Position numbers and translations under genes: made by a program
Notes under the pieces: model-generated
What the model was told of the DNA's origin: nothing
The model's database searches: none
What the model saw: only the letters and a program-made list of their open reading frames with translations
Shown: positions 25,977 to 36,244 of the stretch, one piece after another
Position numbering within the stretch: position 1 is the stretch's first letter
Layout of the letters: every line of letters begins with the position of its first letter
Origin: Acidimicrobiia bacterium
GTDB taxonomy: Bacteria > Actinomycetota > Acidimicrobiia > Spongiisociales > UBA11373
Direction: 5' to 3'
NCBI GenBank assembly: GCA_040878325.1
Contig: JBBDMM010000010.1
Span: forward strand, 62,001 to 126,000
DNA length: 64,000 bases

Positions 25977-28900
25977 TCAGCCGGCGCGTGTCGTGATCGC
26001 GTCGCCCGGCAGGCCCTCGGACCAGATTCGCTCCAAGCCATGGGCTCCCACCGAGGAGATCCACTCCTGAGCGGCGGTCGCCGCCACCAGAGCGGCCGGG
26101 TGGTCGACCCCCACCAGGGCGGCGAAGGCGGTCTGCCAATCGGCCAGTTCCAGAGGCAGGACCAACTTGGCGAGGTGCTCCAGCCCTTCGGCGAACGCCG
26201 CCGCTCCGGCTTCGGCGTCACCTTCAAGAATGGCCAGGGCGGCGTTTCCGATCTGACGGAGCCCTTTGGCGTAGCGGCCGGGGGGCAGCTCGGTGTCGAG
26301 CATCGCCAGCGCGAGGCGGATCCGCTCAGCATCCCGGGTTCGCATCGCCGTGCCGAGTGCGGCGACCGCCGCCCACGTGACCGGTACCCCATACGACGCC
26401 TTCCATCCGCTATCCCAATCGCCCTCGTCGCGGTGGCCGAGAGCCTGCCAGCCCTGGATCGTGTAGATGGCCTGGGGGTCGGTGATCTCCCCCAACGACG
26501 CGATATCGTCAAGCATCTCCCGGCCATGGCCCGGCTTGGGGCTGCGCATCCCCTCGATGTAGTGGCGGGTCGACCGGACGGCAGCCTGCTGGAAGGGAGG
26601 CAGCTGCTCGACTTCGATCGTGTCGAGGATCTCGAGCGCCTCGTCGAACCGGCCCATCGCCGGCAATTGCCAGGCACGATCGGTGCGGGCCCGTTCCAGC
26701 CATCCGAGGCCACCGTATTTCTGGGTGAGCTCCCAGTGGGCATCGGCGGTGCGCTGCGCCGCCTGGGGATCGTTACCTGCCTGGATCACCGAGAGATTGT
26801 TCAGTGCTCGCAGCGCCTGAGGGTGAAGGCCGTGCTGTTCGGCCAACCGCGCCGCCCCGGCGAGCGTCGCCTCGGCCTCCAGGTATCGTCCCACGTCGGC
26901 GAGGGCGGTGGCCTTCGAGACGATGCCGTCGACCAGGGCCCCGGGCGTGACGAGACGCTCGGCGTTGGGGAGCACCCGGTCGGCGACTTCGATCGCCTTG
27001 TCGGGCCTTTGGTGAAGCATGTGCGCACGCGACATCTCCAACCCCAGGCTCACCTTGGCGGCGGTGTCGAACTCGGTGATCTCCGAGTAGAGCGGTTCGA
27101 GCAGCTCCACTGCCTCATCAGACCGGAAGTAGGAGTTGAGCACGAAGGCGAGGGTGGTGCATGCCTGGTAACACCCGTTCGAGTCGCCGAGCTCCTCCAT
27201 GACCGTGATCGCCTCCCGGCCCAACTCGATCGCCTCTTCGAGGTCGCCGCCCCAGGATGCGGCCGCACTCGCCTTGATCAGGATGGGGGCTCGCTCGGCG
27301 GTGCTCTTCGCCAGCGACAGCGCCTGGCGGTACAGCGCCAGCGCCTGGCTGTGCGAACGGAGTTCGCTCGCCCGATTGGCCGCCCGGATCAAAGCCGCCC
27401 GTCCCTTCTCGAGGAGGTCCTCGGTGCCGGCGGGGGCGGTCTGGTGGGCGGCGAGGAAGTGGCGGGCCACCCTTCCGGCGATCTCAGGGTCGTCGAGCCC
27501 GGCGAAGTACTCGGCCACCTGGCGGTGGCGCACGTGGCGGTCGCCGCGGCTGAGCCGGCCGTAGGCGACCTCGCGGATCAGGCTCTGCACGAAGCGGTAG
27601 CGGCCCCGGTCGGCCGACAGCGGGTCCTCGTCGATGTTGAACAGCTCCTTACGGACCAGGGCGCGAAGCGGCGCCTCCAGTTCGAGTGGGGTGGCGCCGC
27701 GAAGCACCGCCAGGCCCTTCAACGTGAAGGACTGGCCGAGCACGGCAGCGTCCTGCACCAGCTCGCGGTCGGTGGGGTTGAGGCGGTCGAGGCGGGCCCC
27801 GATCACCGCCGCCAGGCTGTCGGGCACCGCCAGCCGGGACAGGTCACCCTTGAGCAGGTAGGCATCGCCCTCGCGCACCAGGTCGCCGGTGGCGAGCAGC
27901 ATCCGCACGAACTCCACCGCGTAGAGCGGGATCCCCGCGGCGCGCTCGACGATCGCCTCTACCGCGTGATCGGGGATGCCCGGCACCATCCCCGCGATCA
28001 GCCGGCCCATCTCGGCGTCGGTGAGCGGCGCCAGGTGCACGGCGACTGTGTTGCGCCGCCCCGAACCCCAACCGGGATAGCGATCCAGGAGGTCGGTGCG
28101 GGCGAGGGTGACCACCAGCACCGGATGGCGGTTGGCGCGGTCGACCAGCTCGGTGATGAACTCGTGGACGGCGATGTCGGCGCGCTGGAACTCTTCGAAC
28201 AGCATCACCACGGTTCCTCGTTCTGCCACCCGATAGAAGAAGGTGCGAAGCGCGGCGAACAACTCGTTGCGATCGCCCGGGGGCATCTCGTCGAGCCCGA
28301 TCAGGGCGGCGAGCCGTGGCTCCACCCAGGCGCGCTCTTCCTCGGAAGGCACGTACTCGGCAACCGCGGTCCGCAGCTTCACCCGGCTCTTCGCCTTGTC
28401 GTCGCTGTCGGCGGCGATCCCCGCCCGGCTGCGGATCATCTCGCCCACCGACCAGAAGGCGATCCCTTCGCCGTAGGACGGGGACCGGCCCTGGTGCCAG
28501 TAGATGGGGTCGGCGATGCCGTCGATGTACTTCTGCAGCTCCCACGAGAGCCGCGACTTGCCGATGCCCGGGTCGCCGACGATCGAGACCAGCCGACCCC
28601 GCTGCTCCCTACCGGTGGCGTGCAGCTGGTCCTTGATGAGCCGCATCTCCTCGACCCGGCCGGTGAACGGCGGCTCGATCCCCTCGGACCTGCCGCGCCC
28701 CCCGCGTTGGGCGATCACGCACAGCGCCTGGTAGGCGGCGATCGGCTGCTCCTTGCCCTTCACCTGATGCTCGCCCAGCGAGCGGAACTCGATCGCCTCG
28801 GCGACGAGGTTGCGGGTCGACTCACCGACGACCACGGTCCCCGGCTCGGCGATCGATTGGAGCCGGCTGGCGGTGTTCACCATGTCGCCGACGACAACGC

Positions 28901-29429
28901 CCTGGTTCCCGTTGCCGCTGCCGACGGCCGCCTCGCCGGTCAACACCCCGGCGCGGAGGGCCAGGTCGGGGAGGCCCAGTTCCGAGCCGAGGTTGGAGAC
29001 CATGTCGACCAACTCGAGCGCAGCGCGTACTGCCCGTTCGGCGTCATCCTCCCGGGCCTCGACCGCCCCCCACCAGGCCATCACGGCGTCGCCGATGAAC
29101 TTCTCGACGGTGCCCCGGAACCGCTCGACGATCTCCTGGCTCCGCTCGAAGTACACCGAGAGCATCTCCCGCACCTCTTCGGGATCACGCGCCGCGGTGA
29201 GCGGGGTGAAGCCGACCAGATCGGCGAAGAGCACCGTCACCATGCGCCGCTCGGTGCGGGCGGTCCGGCCGTTCGGGTCGAGGGGCGTGCCGCACTCGCC
29301 GCAGAAGCGGTTGGTCGGCGGATTCTCAGTGCCGCAGTTGGGGCAGGTAGTCGTCATGGCATGGCCGCATACCCCGCAGAACTTGGTCCCGTCGGGGTTC
29401 TCGTTGCCGCAGTTGGCGCAGGTCATCAC
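25977..29429 (-). CDS. Double zinc ribbon + class III cyclase + AAA/STAND ATPase + TPR
   Basis: CANC/CGVC/CPNC/CGEC, LFADLVGFT, EKFIGDAVM, GDMVNTASR, GDPGIGKS, helical repeats. Confidence 0.93.
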   Translation of the reverse strand: MMTCANCGNENPDGTKFCGVCGHAMTTTCPNCGTENPPTNRFCGECGTPLDPNGRTARTERRMVTVLFADLVGFTPLTAARDPEEVREMLSVYFERSQEIVERFRGTVEKFIGDAVMAWWGAVEAREDDAERAVRAALELVDMVSNLGSELGLPDLALRAGVLTGEAAVGSGNGNQGVVVGDMVNTASRLQSIAEPGTVVVGESTRNLVAEAIEFRSLGEHQVKGKEQPIAAYQALCVIAQRGGRGRSEGIEPPFTGRVEEMRLIKDQLHATGREQRGRLVSIVGDPGIGKSRLSWELQKYIDGIADPIYWHQGRSPSYGEGIAFWSVGEMIRSRAGIAADSDDKAKSRVKLRTAVAEYVPSEEERAWVEPRLAALIGLDEMPPGDRNELFAALRTFFYRVAERGTVVMLFEEFQRADIAVHEFITELVDRANRHPVLVVTLARTDLLDRYPGWGSGRRNTVAVHLAPLTDAEMGRLIAGMVPGIPDHAVEAIVERAAGIPLYAVEFVRMLLATGDLVREGDAYLLKGDLSRLAVPDSLAAVIGARLDRLNPTDRELVQDAAVLGQSFTLKGLAVLRGATPLELEAPLRALVRKELFNIDEDPLSADRGRYRFVQSLIREVAYGRLSRGDRHVRHRQVAEYFAGLDDPEIAGRVARHFLAAHQTAPAGTEDLLEKGRAALIRAANRASELRSHSQALALYRQALSLAKSTAERAPILIKASAAASWGGDLEEAIELGREAITVMEELGDSNGCYQACTTLAFVLNSYFRSDEAVELLEPLYSEITEFDTAAKVSLGLEMSRAHMLHQRPDKAIEVADRVLPNAERLVTPGALVDGIVSKATALADVGRYLEAEATLAGAARLAEQHGLHPQALRALNNLSVIQAGNDPQAAQRTADAHWELTQKYGGLGWLERARTDRAWQLPAMGRFDEALEILDTIEVEQLPPFQQAAVRSTRHYIEGMRSPKPGHGREMLDDIASLGEITDPQAIYTIQGWQALGHRDEGDWDSGWKASYGVPVTWAAVAALGTAMRTRDAERIRLALAMLDTELPPGRYAKGLRQIGNAALAILEGDAEAGAAAFAEGLEHLAKLVLPLELADWQTAFAALVGVDHPAALVAATAAQEWISSVGAHGLERIWSEGLPGDAITTRAG

Positions 29430-29467
29430 GCCGAAATCGTACCGCGCGCCCAACAACGTCTTCCCGG

Positions 29468-30166
29468 TCAGGCCTCAGGGAGCACCGGGGTCAGGTCCTC
29501 GCCCCGGGTCCAGGCCTGGAGGTACTCGTAGGGCCACACCTCGCCGCGGCGGACCTCCCAATCGCCGGGGAAAGTGGGCCGGGAGATCCCGAAATGGAGG
29601 TGGGGCTGGCGGGCGTTGCCGGTGGCTCCCACGGTGCCGATCACCTGGCCGGCTTGCACCTCCACCCCGGCCTCGATCTCCGGCTCTACCGAGGCGAGGT
29701 GAGAAGCGTGGTAGCGCACCCCGTCCTCGCCGATGATCGTCACATACAGGCCAGCCCGGTTGGCCGGGTCGTCGATCGCCGGGTCCCAGGTGTCGATCCG
29801 GCCGACCTCGTCGACGATGCCGCTGGTGACGGCGACCACCGTGGTCCCCTCGGGGGCGAAGATGTCGGTGGCGGGGTAGTCGTGATGGCCGTCGGCGTAG
29901 GTGCCCGCCCCCGGGGGTTGCAGGGGGAAGTAGTAGCGCCGACCCTCCACCTGCCAGGGACCCACCGCCAGTGTCGTGGTGGTGGTGGTGGTGGTGGTGG
30001 CCGGCGCGGTGGTCGCGGTGGTCGCGGTGGTCGTACTGGTCGCGGTGGTGGTCGTGGTGGTGGCGGTCGTCGAAGTTGTCGAGGGGATCGTGGTGGGGAC
30101 CGCACTGTCGCCACAAGCGCTCACCACCAGAGGGATGACGACTATCCAGGCTCGATACCGTCCCAA
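29468..30166 (-). CDS. M23 family metallopeptidase lipoprotein
   Basis: Lipobox VVSAC, Thr stalk, HHDYPATDI (HxxxD-like), HL, HLHF; start approximate. Confidence 0.85.
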   Translation of the reverse strand: MGRYRAWIVVIPLVVSACGDSAVPTTIPSTTSTTATTTTTTATSTTTATTATTAPATTTTTTTTTLAVGPWQVEGRRYYFPLQPPGAGTYADGHHDYPATDIFAPEGTTVVAVTSGIVDEVGRIDTWDPAIDDPANRAGLYVTIIGEDGVRYHASHLASVEPEIEAGVEVQAGQVIGTVGATGNARQPHLHFGISRPTFPGDWEVRRGEVWPYEYLQAWTRGEDLTPVLPEA

Positions 30167-30213
30167 AGGTTTGCTCCGAGGTCGACGGTGGCTCGCCAGT
30201 TGCCCTGCCGCTT

Positions 30214-30447
30214 CTAGAAGTGGGCCACCGGGCAGGTGAGGGTGCGGGTCACTCCGGTGACCGCCTGGATCCCGTTGAGCACCACCCGACTGATGGCGTC
30301 GAAATCCTCGGCGTCGATCCGGGCGATGATGTCGTAGGGCCCGACCAGAGAGGCGACACCGGTGACGCCAGCGACGGCCCCGATCGCTTTGGCGACCTCG
30401 CCCGACCGGGCCGGCTCGTTCTGGATGAGGACGTATGCGTTCGCCAT
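30214..30447 (-). CDS. Stand-alone Lrp/AsnC ligand-binding domain protein
   Basis: AYVLIQ.EP...VGPYDII...IQ.V.GVTRTLTCP; 77 aa. Confidence 0.88.
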   Translation of the reverse strand: MANAYVLIQNEPARSGEVAKAIGAVAGVTGVASLVGPYDIIARIDAEDFDAISRVVLNGIQAVTGVTRTLTCPVAHF

Positions 30448-30577
30448 GGCACCCTTTCGGGGAACGGTACTCCCTTGGATCAGGGGTCAGCGACAGCAGA
30501 CTCCCGTCGGGGTCCTTGAACCGGGCCACCGGTCCCGTTTCCAGCATTGAATCACTCACTCCGTAGCCGGAAGGCGG

Positions 30578-31024
30578 TCATTCCTCCGGATCCGACAGCC
30601 CCCATTTGTCCTTCCAGCTCGGCGGGAGGGGGAGGGCGAGCGAGTAGCCGTATCGGATCAGCTGCCCCTGATGCTGGTACTCGTGCTCGAGGAGGCCGAG
30701 CAGCAGGTCGTCGCGGTCCTCGGTCCATTCCACCCGGGCCAGGGTCTCGACGACCTGGCGGCCGGCGCGGTCAAGGCCGGCGAGGATGGCTTCCTTCTCA
30801 TGGACGTCGTCGGCGTCGAGCGAGCACTGGAAGCCGGCCCAGGCGCCCTGTTCGATCGCCCGGGCGAAGCTCTCCCGCGCCCCGACCACACACCAGAACT
30901 GGCTGCCGACGCTGTTCGAGCGGACGCCGAGGTCACGGGCGAGCGCCCCGTCGGGCAGGTTGTCGGCAAAGTCGCGGTGGGCGGCCATCACCGCGATGAG
31001 ATGCGCTTCGACTTGGGATCTCAA
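30578..31024 (-). CDS. DinB-like four-helix protein
   Basis: SNSVGSQFWCVVGARES, LLEHEYQHQGQLIRY; GGAGG before TTG 31024. Confidence 0.75.
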   Translation of the reverse strand: MRSQVEAHLIAVMAAHRDFADNLPDGALARDLGVRSNSVGSQFWCVVGARESFARAIEQGAWAGFQCSLDADDVHEKEAILAGLDRAGRQVVETLARVEWTEDRDDLLLGLLEHEYQHQGQLIRYGYSLALPLPPSWKDKWGLSDPEE

Positions 31025-31134
31025 TTCGCCTCCCTGCCCCAACCTCCGGAATACCTCACCCCGGGGGAGGTTCCCATTGTGGCGGCGGCAAGTTCCTTCT
31101 TGCCGCCCGTACGATTGAACCAGAGGTGAGGACA

Positions 31135-32148
31135 ATGCCAGACGCGGTCATCGAGCTCTTCCAACTGGGGATGCCCTGGATCGGGCACGACCCGTTCATC
31201 TTCACCGTCCACCATCTCGACAACTACCCGCCGGGTGATGACGACCTGGGGCCGTCGGTTCCGCTCTACGGGCGGCAGATCGGCTCGGACTTCTCGTACA
31301 TCGACGGGTGGAGCATGTACCACGGCGAGCGGGTGCCGGGTTTCCCCCAGCATCCCCATCGTGGGTTCGAGACCGTCACCGTGGTTCGTCGCGGCTATGT
31401 CGACCATTCCGATTCCCTCGGCGCCACCGCCCGATACGGCGAGGGTGACGTCCAGTGGCTCACCACCGGCGGCGGCATCCAACACTCCGAGATGTTCCCG
31501 CTCCTCGATGCGGAAGGCCCCAACCCGCTCGAGCTCTATCAGATCTGGCTGAACCTGCCCCCGGACTCGAAGATGGTCCCGGCGTACTTCGGGATGCTGT
31601 GGTCCGAAGACATTCCCACCGTCGAGCCTGCCCCCGGGGTGCTGGTCGACGTCGTCATCGGCGCCCTCGATGATCAGAAGCCGCCGTCGCCTCCGCCCGA
31701 TTCCTGGGCGGCCCGGCCCGACTCCGACATGGCCATCTGGGTAATTCGGCTCGAGCCGGGGGCGGAATGGGAGATTCCCGCGGCCCCCGCCGGCCTCAAT
31801 CGCACCCTCCATTGCCACGGCGGCGGTGGCGTCGAGATCGGGGGAACCGTGATCGCCAAGGGAGTGGGGGTACGGCTGCGCTCCGAGGTGCCGGTCACAC
31901 TTGCCAACCGCGGCGACGAAGTGGCGCATTTCCTCCTGCTCCAGGGGCGACCGATCGGGGCACCGGTGTTCCAGATGGGACCCTTCGTGATGAACTCCCC
32001 AGAGGAACTCCGCCAGGCAGTCGACGATTACCGCCGCACCCAGTTCGGGCCGTGGCCGTGGGGCGGCCCGGCCCACACCCACCCCCGCGACGAGGGTCGG
32101 TTCGCCATCCATGTCGACGGGCGTGTCGAGCGACGGGAGATGGGGTAG
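31135..32148 (+). CDS. Pirin family protein
   Basis: DPFIF..HH, GFPQHPHRGFETVT, GIQHSE, QIWLNLP, GPFVMN. Confidence 0.95.
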   Translation: MPDAVIELFQLGMPWIGHDPFIFTVHHLDNYPPGDDDLGPSVPLYGRQIGSDFSYIDGWSMYHGERVPGFPQHPHRGFETVTVVRRGYVDHSDSLGATARYGEGDVQWLTTGGGIQHSEMFPLLDAEGPNPLELYQIWLNLPPDSKMVPAYFGMLWSEDIPTVEPAPGVLVDVVIGALDDQKPPSPPPDSWAARPDSDMAIWVIRLEPGAEWEIPAAPAGLNRTLHCHGGGGVEIGGTVIAKGVGVRLRSEVPVTLANRGDEVAHFLLLQGRPIGAPVFQMGPFVMNSPEELRQAVDDYRRTQFGPWPWGGPAHTHPRDEGRFAIHVDGRVERREMG

Positions 32149-32157
32149 GGCCTCGGC

Positions 32158-32235
32158 CCCGCTACCCGCTGCCCGCCGGACGCGTCAAGGGCTTTCGACG
32201 CGATCCTGCGGAAGGCGGAAGGCGGAAGGCTGAAG
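32158..32235. repeat. Heptamer tandem repeats (CCCGCTR)n and (GCGGAAG)n flanking a short hairpin
   Basis: CCCGCTA CCCGCTG CCCGCCG 32158-32178; GCGGAAG x3 + GCTGAAG 32208-32235. Confidence 0.8.
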
Positions 32236-32237
32236 TG

Positions 32238-32266
32238 TTGACGATCCGGCGGATCGCTGGTACAAC
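32238..32266 (+). promoter_or_regulatory. Sigma70-type promoter of the trp operon
   Basis: TTGACG-17 bp-TACAAC, 9 nt before the leader ATG. Confidence 0.75.
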
Positions 32267-32275
32267 CACCCGTTC

Positions 32276-32332
32276 ATGAGCCGTACCCGAACTGTCGCAG
32301 CCGGTCAGTGGTGGTGGTCGCCGCCATATTGA
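32276..32332 (+). CDS. trpL: trp operon leader peptide MSRTRTVAAGQWWWSPPY
   Basis: 18-aa ORF with three tandem TGG codons between the promoter and trpE. Confidence 0.92.
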   Translation: MSRTRTVAAGQWWWSPPY

Positions 32333-32379
32333 GGTGGGCGACCCGCGGCTCAGAACCTGACATCTGACACCAGCAGTAC

Positions 32380-32411
32380 ACGACCCACCGTGAGGTGGGT
32401 CGTCGGCATTT
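32380..32411 (+). terminator. Attenuator hairpin ACGACCCACC-GTGA-GGTGGGTCGT
   Basis: Perfect 10-bp stem; left arm can also pair with GGTGGGCG 32333-32340; weak U tract. Confidence 0.75.
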
Positions 32412-32450
32412 GGTGACCCTCCTCACGATCCCGATCCGGATCGAGGAGGA

Positions 32451-33811
32451 ATGCAGGCACCCTTCGACATAGCGGCCGATCTCCATACCCCGGTCTCCGC
32501 GTTTCTGCGGCTGGCCGATCTGGGGCCGCGCCATCTGCTCGAGAGCGTCGAGCAGGGCGGCCAAGGGAGATACTCGTTCATCGGCTTCGGGGAGACGTCT
32601 CGCATCCGGGTGTCGGAGGCGGGGGTGGCGGTCGACGGTGACCTCGTCTCCGCCGACGTCCTCGGCGGGCTCCGGTCGGCGCTCGATGGTGTGCCGCGCA
32701 CCGGGCCGACGATCTCGGGGCAGCCGTTCGCCGGTGGGCTGGTCGGCGCGACCGCCTTCGACATGGTCCGTCACCTGTACCGCCTGCCCGCTTCGCCCCA
32801 CGCCCCGTCCGCGCCGTTGGGCGCCTACATGTCGACCGAGTCTCAACTGGTGTTCGATCACTTCACCCGGCGGATCGCCCTCCTCCATGCCGGGTCGGAC
32901 GCCGAGCGCACCGCGCTCCGCGACGAGGTGATCGCCGCACTGAGCGGCCCGGTCAAGGTGCCGGGCACCGACGGGAAGCGACAGCAGCCCCGCCCGAGCC
33001 TGACGAAGGAGGAGTTCGTCGACCGGGTCCACCGGGTGAAGGAGCACATCTCGGCGGGAGACGTGTACCAGCTCGTCCTCTCGATCAGGTTCTCGGGCGA
33101 GAGCGATCTGAGCCCGTTCACCGTCTATCGGGCCCTGCGGCTCCTCAACCCCTCCCCGTACATGTACTTCCTCGACTTCGGCGATCTGCAGGTCGTCGGC
33201 AGCTCCCCGGAGGCATTGGTGAAGCTGCGCGGTGAGACCGCCGAGCTGAGGCCGATCGCTGGAACCCGGAGGCGCGGTGTGGACGACGACCACGATCACG
33301 CCCTCGAGCGGCAGCTGCTCACCGACCCCAAGGAGGCCGCCGAGCACGTGATGCTGGTCGACCTGGCGAGAAACGATCTCGGCCGGGGCGCGGTCGCCGG
33401 CTCGGTGCGGGTGGATCCCTATCGGGTCATCGAGCGATACAGCCATGTCATGCACCTGGTCAGCGGAGTCCAGGGTCGGTTGCGACCCGAGCTAGACCAG
33501 TTCGACCTGTTTGCCGCCACCTTCCCCGCCGGGACGGTGAGTGGGGCGCCCAAGTTGCGGGCGATCGAACTGATCGACGAGCTGGAGCCGGTCGGCCGGG
33601 GTCTCTACTCGGGATCGGTGGGCTACTTCGGCCGCGGCGGCTCGATGGACCAGGCGATCACGATCCGCACCATCGTGTTCCAGAACGGCGTTTACAGCTA
33701 CCAGGCCGGTGCCGGGATCGTCGCCGACAGCGACCCCGAGTTCGAGCACGACGAGGTCCTGATGAAGGGCGCCGCCCTCGACGAGGCGCTCGACCTGGCG
33801 GAGGAGGGCCT

Positions 33812-33815
<4 letters not shown>
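32451..33815 (+). CDS. trpE: Anthranilate synthase component I
   Basis: LLESVE...GRYSF, GDVYQLVLS, NPSPYM, SSPE, PIAGTR, EHVMLVDLARND, FPAGTVSGAPK. Confidence 0.95.
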
Positions 33816-34422
<607 letters not shown>

Positions 34423-34426
<4 letters not shown>

Positions 34427-35427
34427 GGGACCTCGTCGAGAAGGTGGTCTCCGGCGATCGGCTCACCGAGCTCGAAGCCCGACGGTTGCTCGACGGCATG
34501 ACCGATCCGGCCACCGACCCGGTCCTCTCGTCGGCGGCGCTCGTCGGCCTCCGGGTGCGCGGCGAGACCGCCGACGAGCTGAGAGGATTCGCCCTCAGGC
34601 TCCGGGAGCTGGCGATCCGGCCCGAGATCCCCGCCGACGTGCAGGCGGTGGACGTGGTCGGCACCGGTGGCGACGCCTCGGGAAGTCTCAACCTCTCCAC
34701 GGGGGCAGCCCTGGTGGCCGCCGCCGCCGGGATCCCCGTCATCAAGCACGGGAACCGTTCGGTCTCGAGCCGGAGCGGCAGTGCCGACGTCCTCGAGGCC
34801 CTGGGCCTCGACCTGCCCTGGGAAGCGGCGCGGGCGGGCGAAGTGTTCGCCCGGACCGGGTTCACCTTCCTCTTCGCCCCTTCGTTCCACCCGGCGATGA
34901 AGGCGATCGCTCCGGTGCGACGGGCGCTGGGTATTCGGACCATCTTCAACCTCGCCGGCCCGCTGGCCAACCCGGCGACGCCGCCCTTCCACGTGATCGG
35001 CGCCTACGACCTAGCCACCGCCCGGATGATGGCGGCGACCCTCGCCGGGATGCCCCTTGAGCGGGCATTCGTGATCCACGGTGAGCCCGGATGGGACGAG
35101 CCCACGCCGGTGGGTCCCTACCACCTCCTCGAGGTCACCCCGGGTTCGATCAGCGAGTCGGTCGAGGACCCCGCCGACTTCGGGATCCCCCGATGCTCGG
35201 CGGAGGAGCTCGAGGGCGGTGACGCCGAGCACAACGCCCTTCGCCTGCGCCGGGCGCTGGAGGGGGAGACGGGACCGCATCGCGACGCGATTCTTCTCGG
35301 CGCCGCATTGGCGATCCGTCTGTTCGGCGAGGACGCCGCGAGCGGGCTGGCGCGGGCCGCGGATGCGATCGACAGCGGCGCTGCCGGTCGGCTGCTCGAC
35401 CGGCTGACGGAGAAAGCCCATGTCTGA
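34423..35427 (+). CDS. trpD: Anthranilate phosphoribosyltransferase
   Basis: VGTGGD, NLST, KHGNRSVSSRSGSAD, RTIFNL.GPL.NP. Confidence 0.96.
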
Positions 35428-36244
35428 CTTCCTGGCCACCATGGCCGCGTCGAGCCGCCAACGGGCCGATGCCGTCGTCGGATCCCTCGGCGAGTCGAAG
35501 CTGCGGGCACAGGCCCGCGCGGCTGCGCCGCCGCGGCAGTTGCGGCTGTCCGCCGCCGGATTCGATCTCATCGCCGAGCCGAAGCTGGCGAGCCCGTCCG
35601 CGGGCGAGTTGGTGCCCCATGCCGACGGGCGGGAGGCGGTGTTGGCCGTCGCCACCTCGCTCGAGCAGTCGGGGTGCGCCGCGCTCTCGGTGCTGACCGA
35701 GCCCACGGTCTTCGGCGGGGCGATCGACCACCTCCAGGCGGCTGCGGCGGCGGTGGACCTCCCGGTGATGCGCAAGGACTTTCTCGTCGACCCGATCCAG
35801 GTGATCGAAGCAAGGGCGGCCGGGGCGTCCGGCGTCCTTCTCATCGCCCGAATCCTGGACACCTCGCTGCTCGTCGAGATGACCGACCTGGCGCTGACAA
35901 TGGGGATGTTCGCCCTGGTCGAAGTGTTCGACCAAGGCGATCTCGAGGCGGCCGGTGCGGTCTTCGACCGGGACGTGCTCGTCGGGGTCAACGCCAGGGA
36001 CCTCGCCACCCTCGAGGTGGACCGGGGGCGACATGCCGAGATGGCGCGCCTCCTGCCCGGCCACCTGCCGGCGGTGGCGGAGAGCGGGATCGTGTCGCCC
36101 GATGACGCCGCCGCCGCTGCCGCCGCGGGGTACCGGGTCGCCCTGGTCGGCACCGCGGTGGTCACCAGCGAGGACCCCGCCGGGGCCGTGAGCCGGTTCA
36201 TCGCCGCCGGACGCTCCGTGGTCTCGGCGAGGTCGGCGCGATGA
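35420..36244 (+). CDS. trpC: Indole-3-glycerol phosphate synthase
   Basis: IAEPKLASPS, LSVLTEP..F.G, MRKDF, GVNARDL, AESGI. Confidence 0.95.
   Translation: MSDFLATMAASSRQRADAVVGSLGESKLRAQARAAAPPRQLRLSAAGFDLIAEPKLASPSAGELVPHADGREAVLAVATSLEQSGCAALSVLTEPTVFGGAIDHLQAAAAAVDLPVMRKDFLVDPIQVIEARAAGASGVLLIARILDTSLLVEMTDLALTMGMFALVEVFDQGDLEAAGAVFDRDVLVGVNARDLATLEVDRGRHAEMARLLPGHLPAVAESGIVSPDDAAAAAAAGYRVALVGTAVVTSEDPAGAVSRFIAAGRSVVSARSAR

Noticed and set aside
25923..29531. 1202-aa plus-strand ORF
   Set aside because: Mirror frame of the well-supported minus-strand cyclase gene
29971..30100. GGT/GTC-rich low-complexity repeats (also near 14520, 46130-46330, 58060)
   Set aside because: They encode Thr-rich lipoprotein linkers and are not independent DNA elements
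30167..30559. Long N-terminal extension of the M23 ORF given in the ORF track
   Set aside because: It overlaps the real Lrp-domain gene in another frame; the lipobox places the start near 30166
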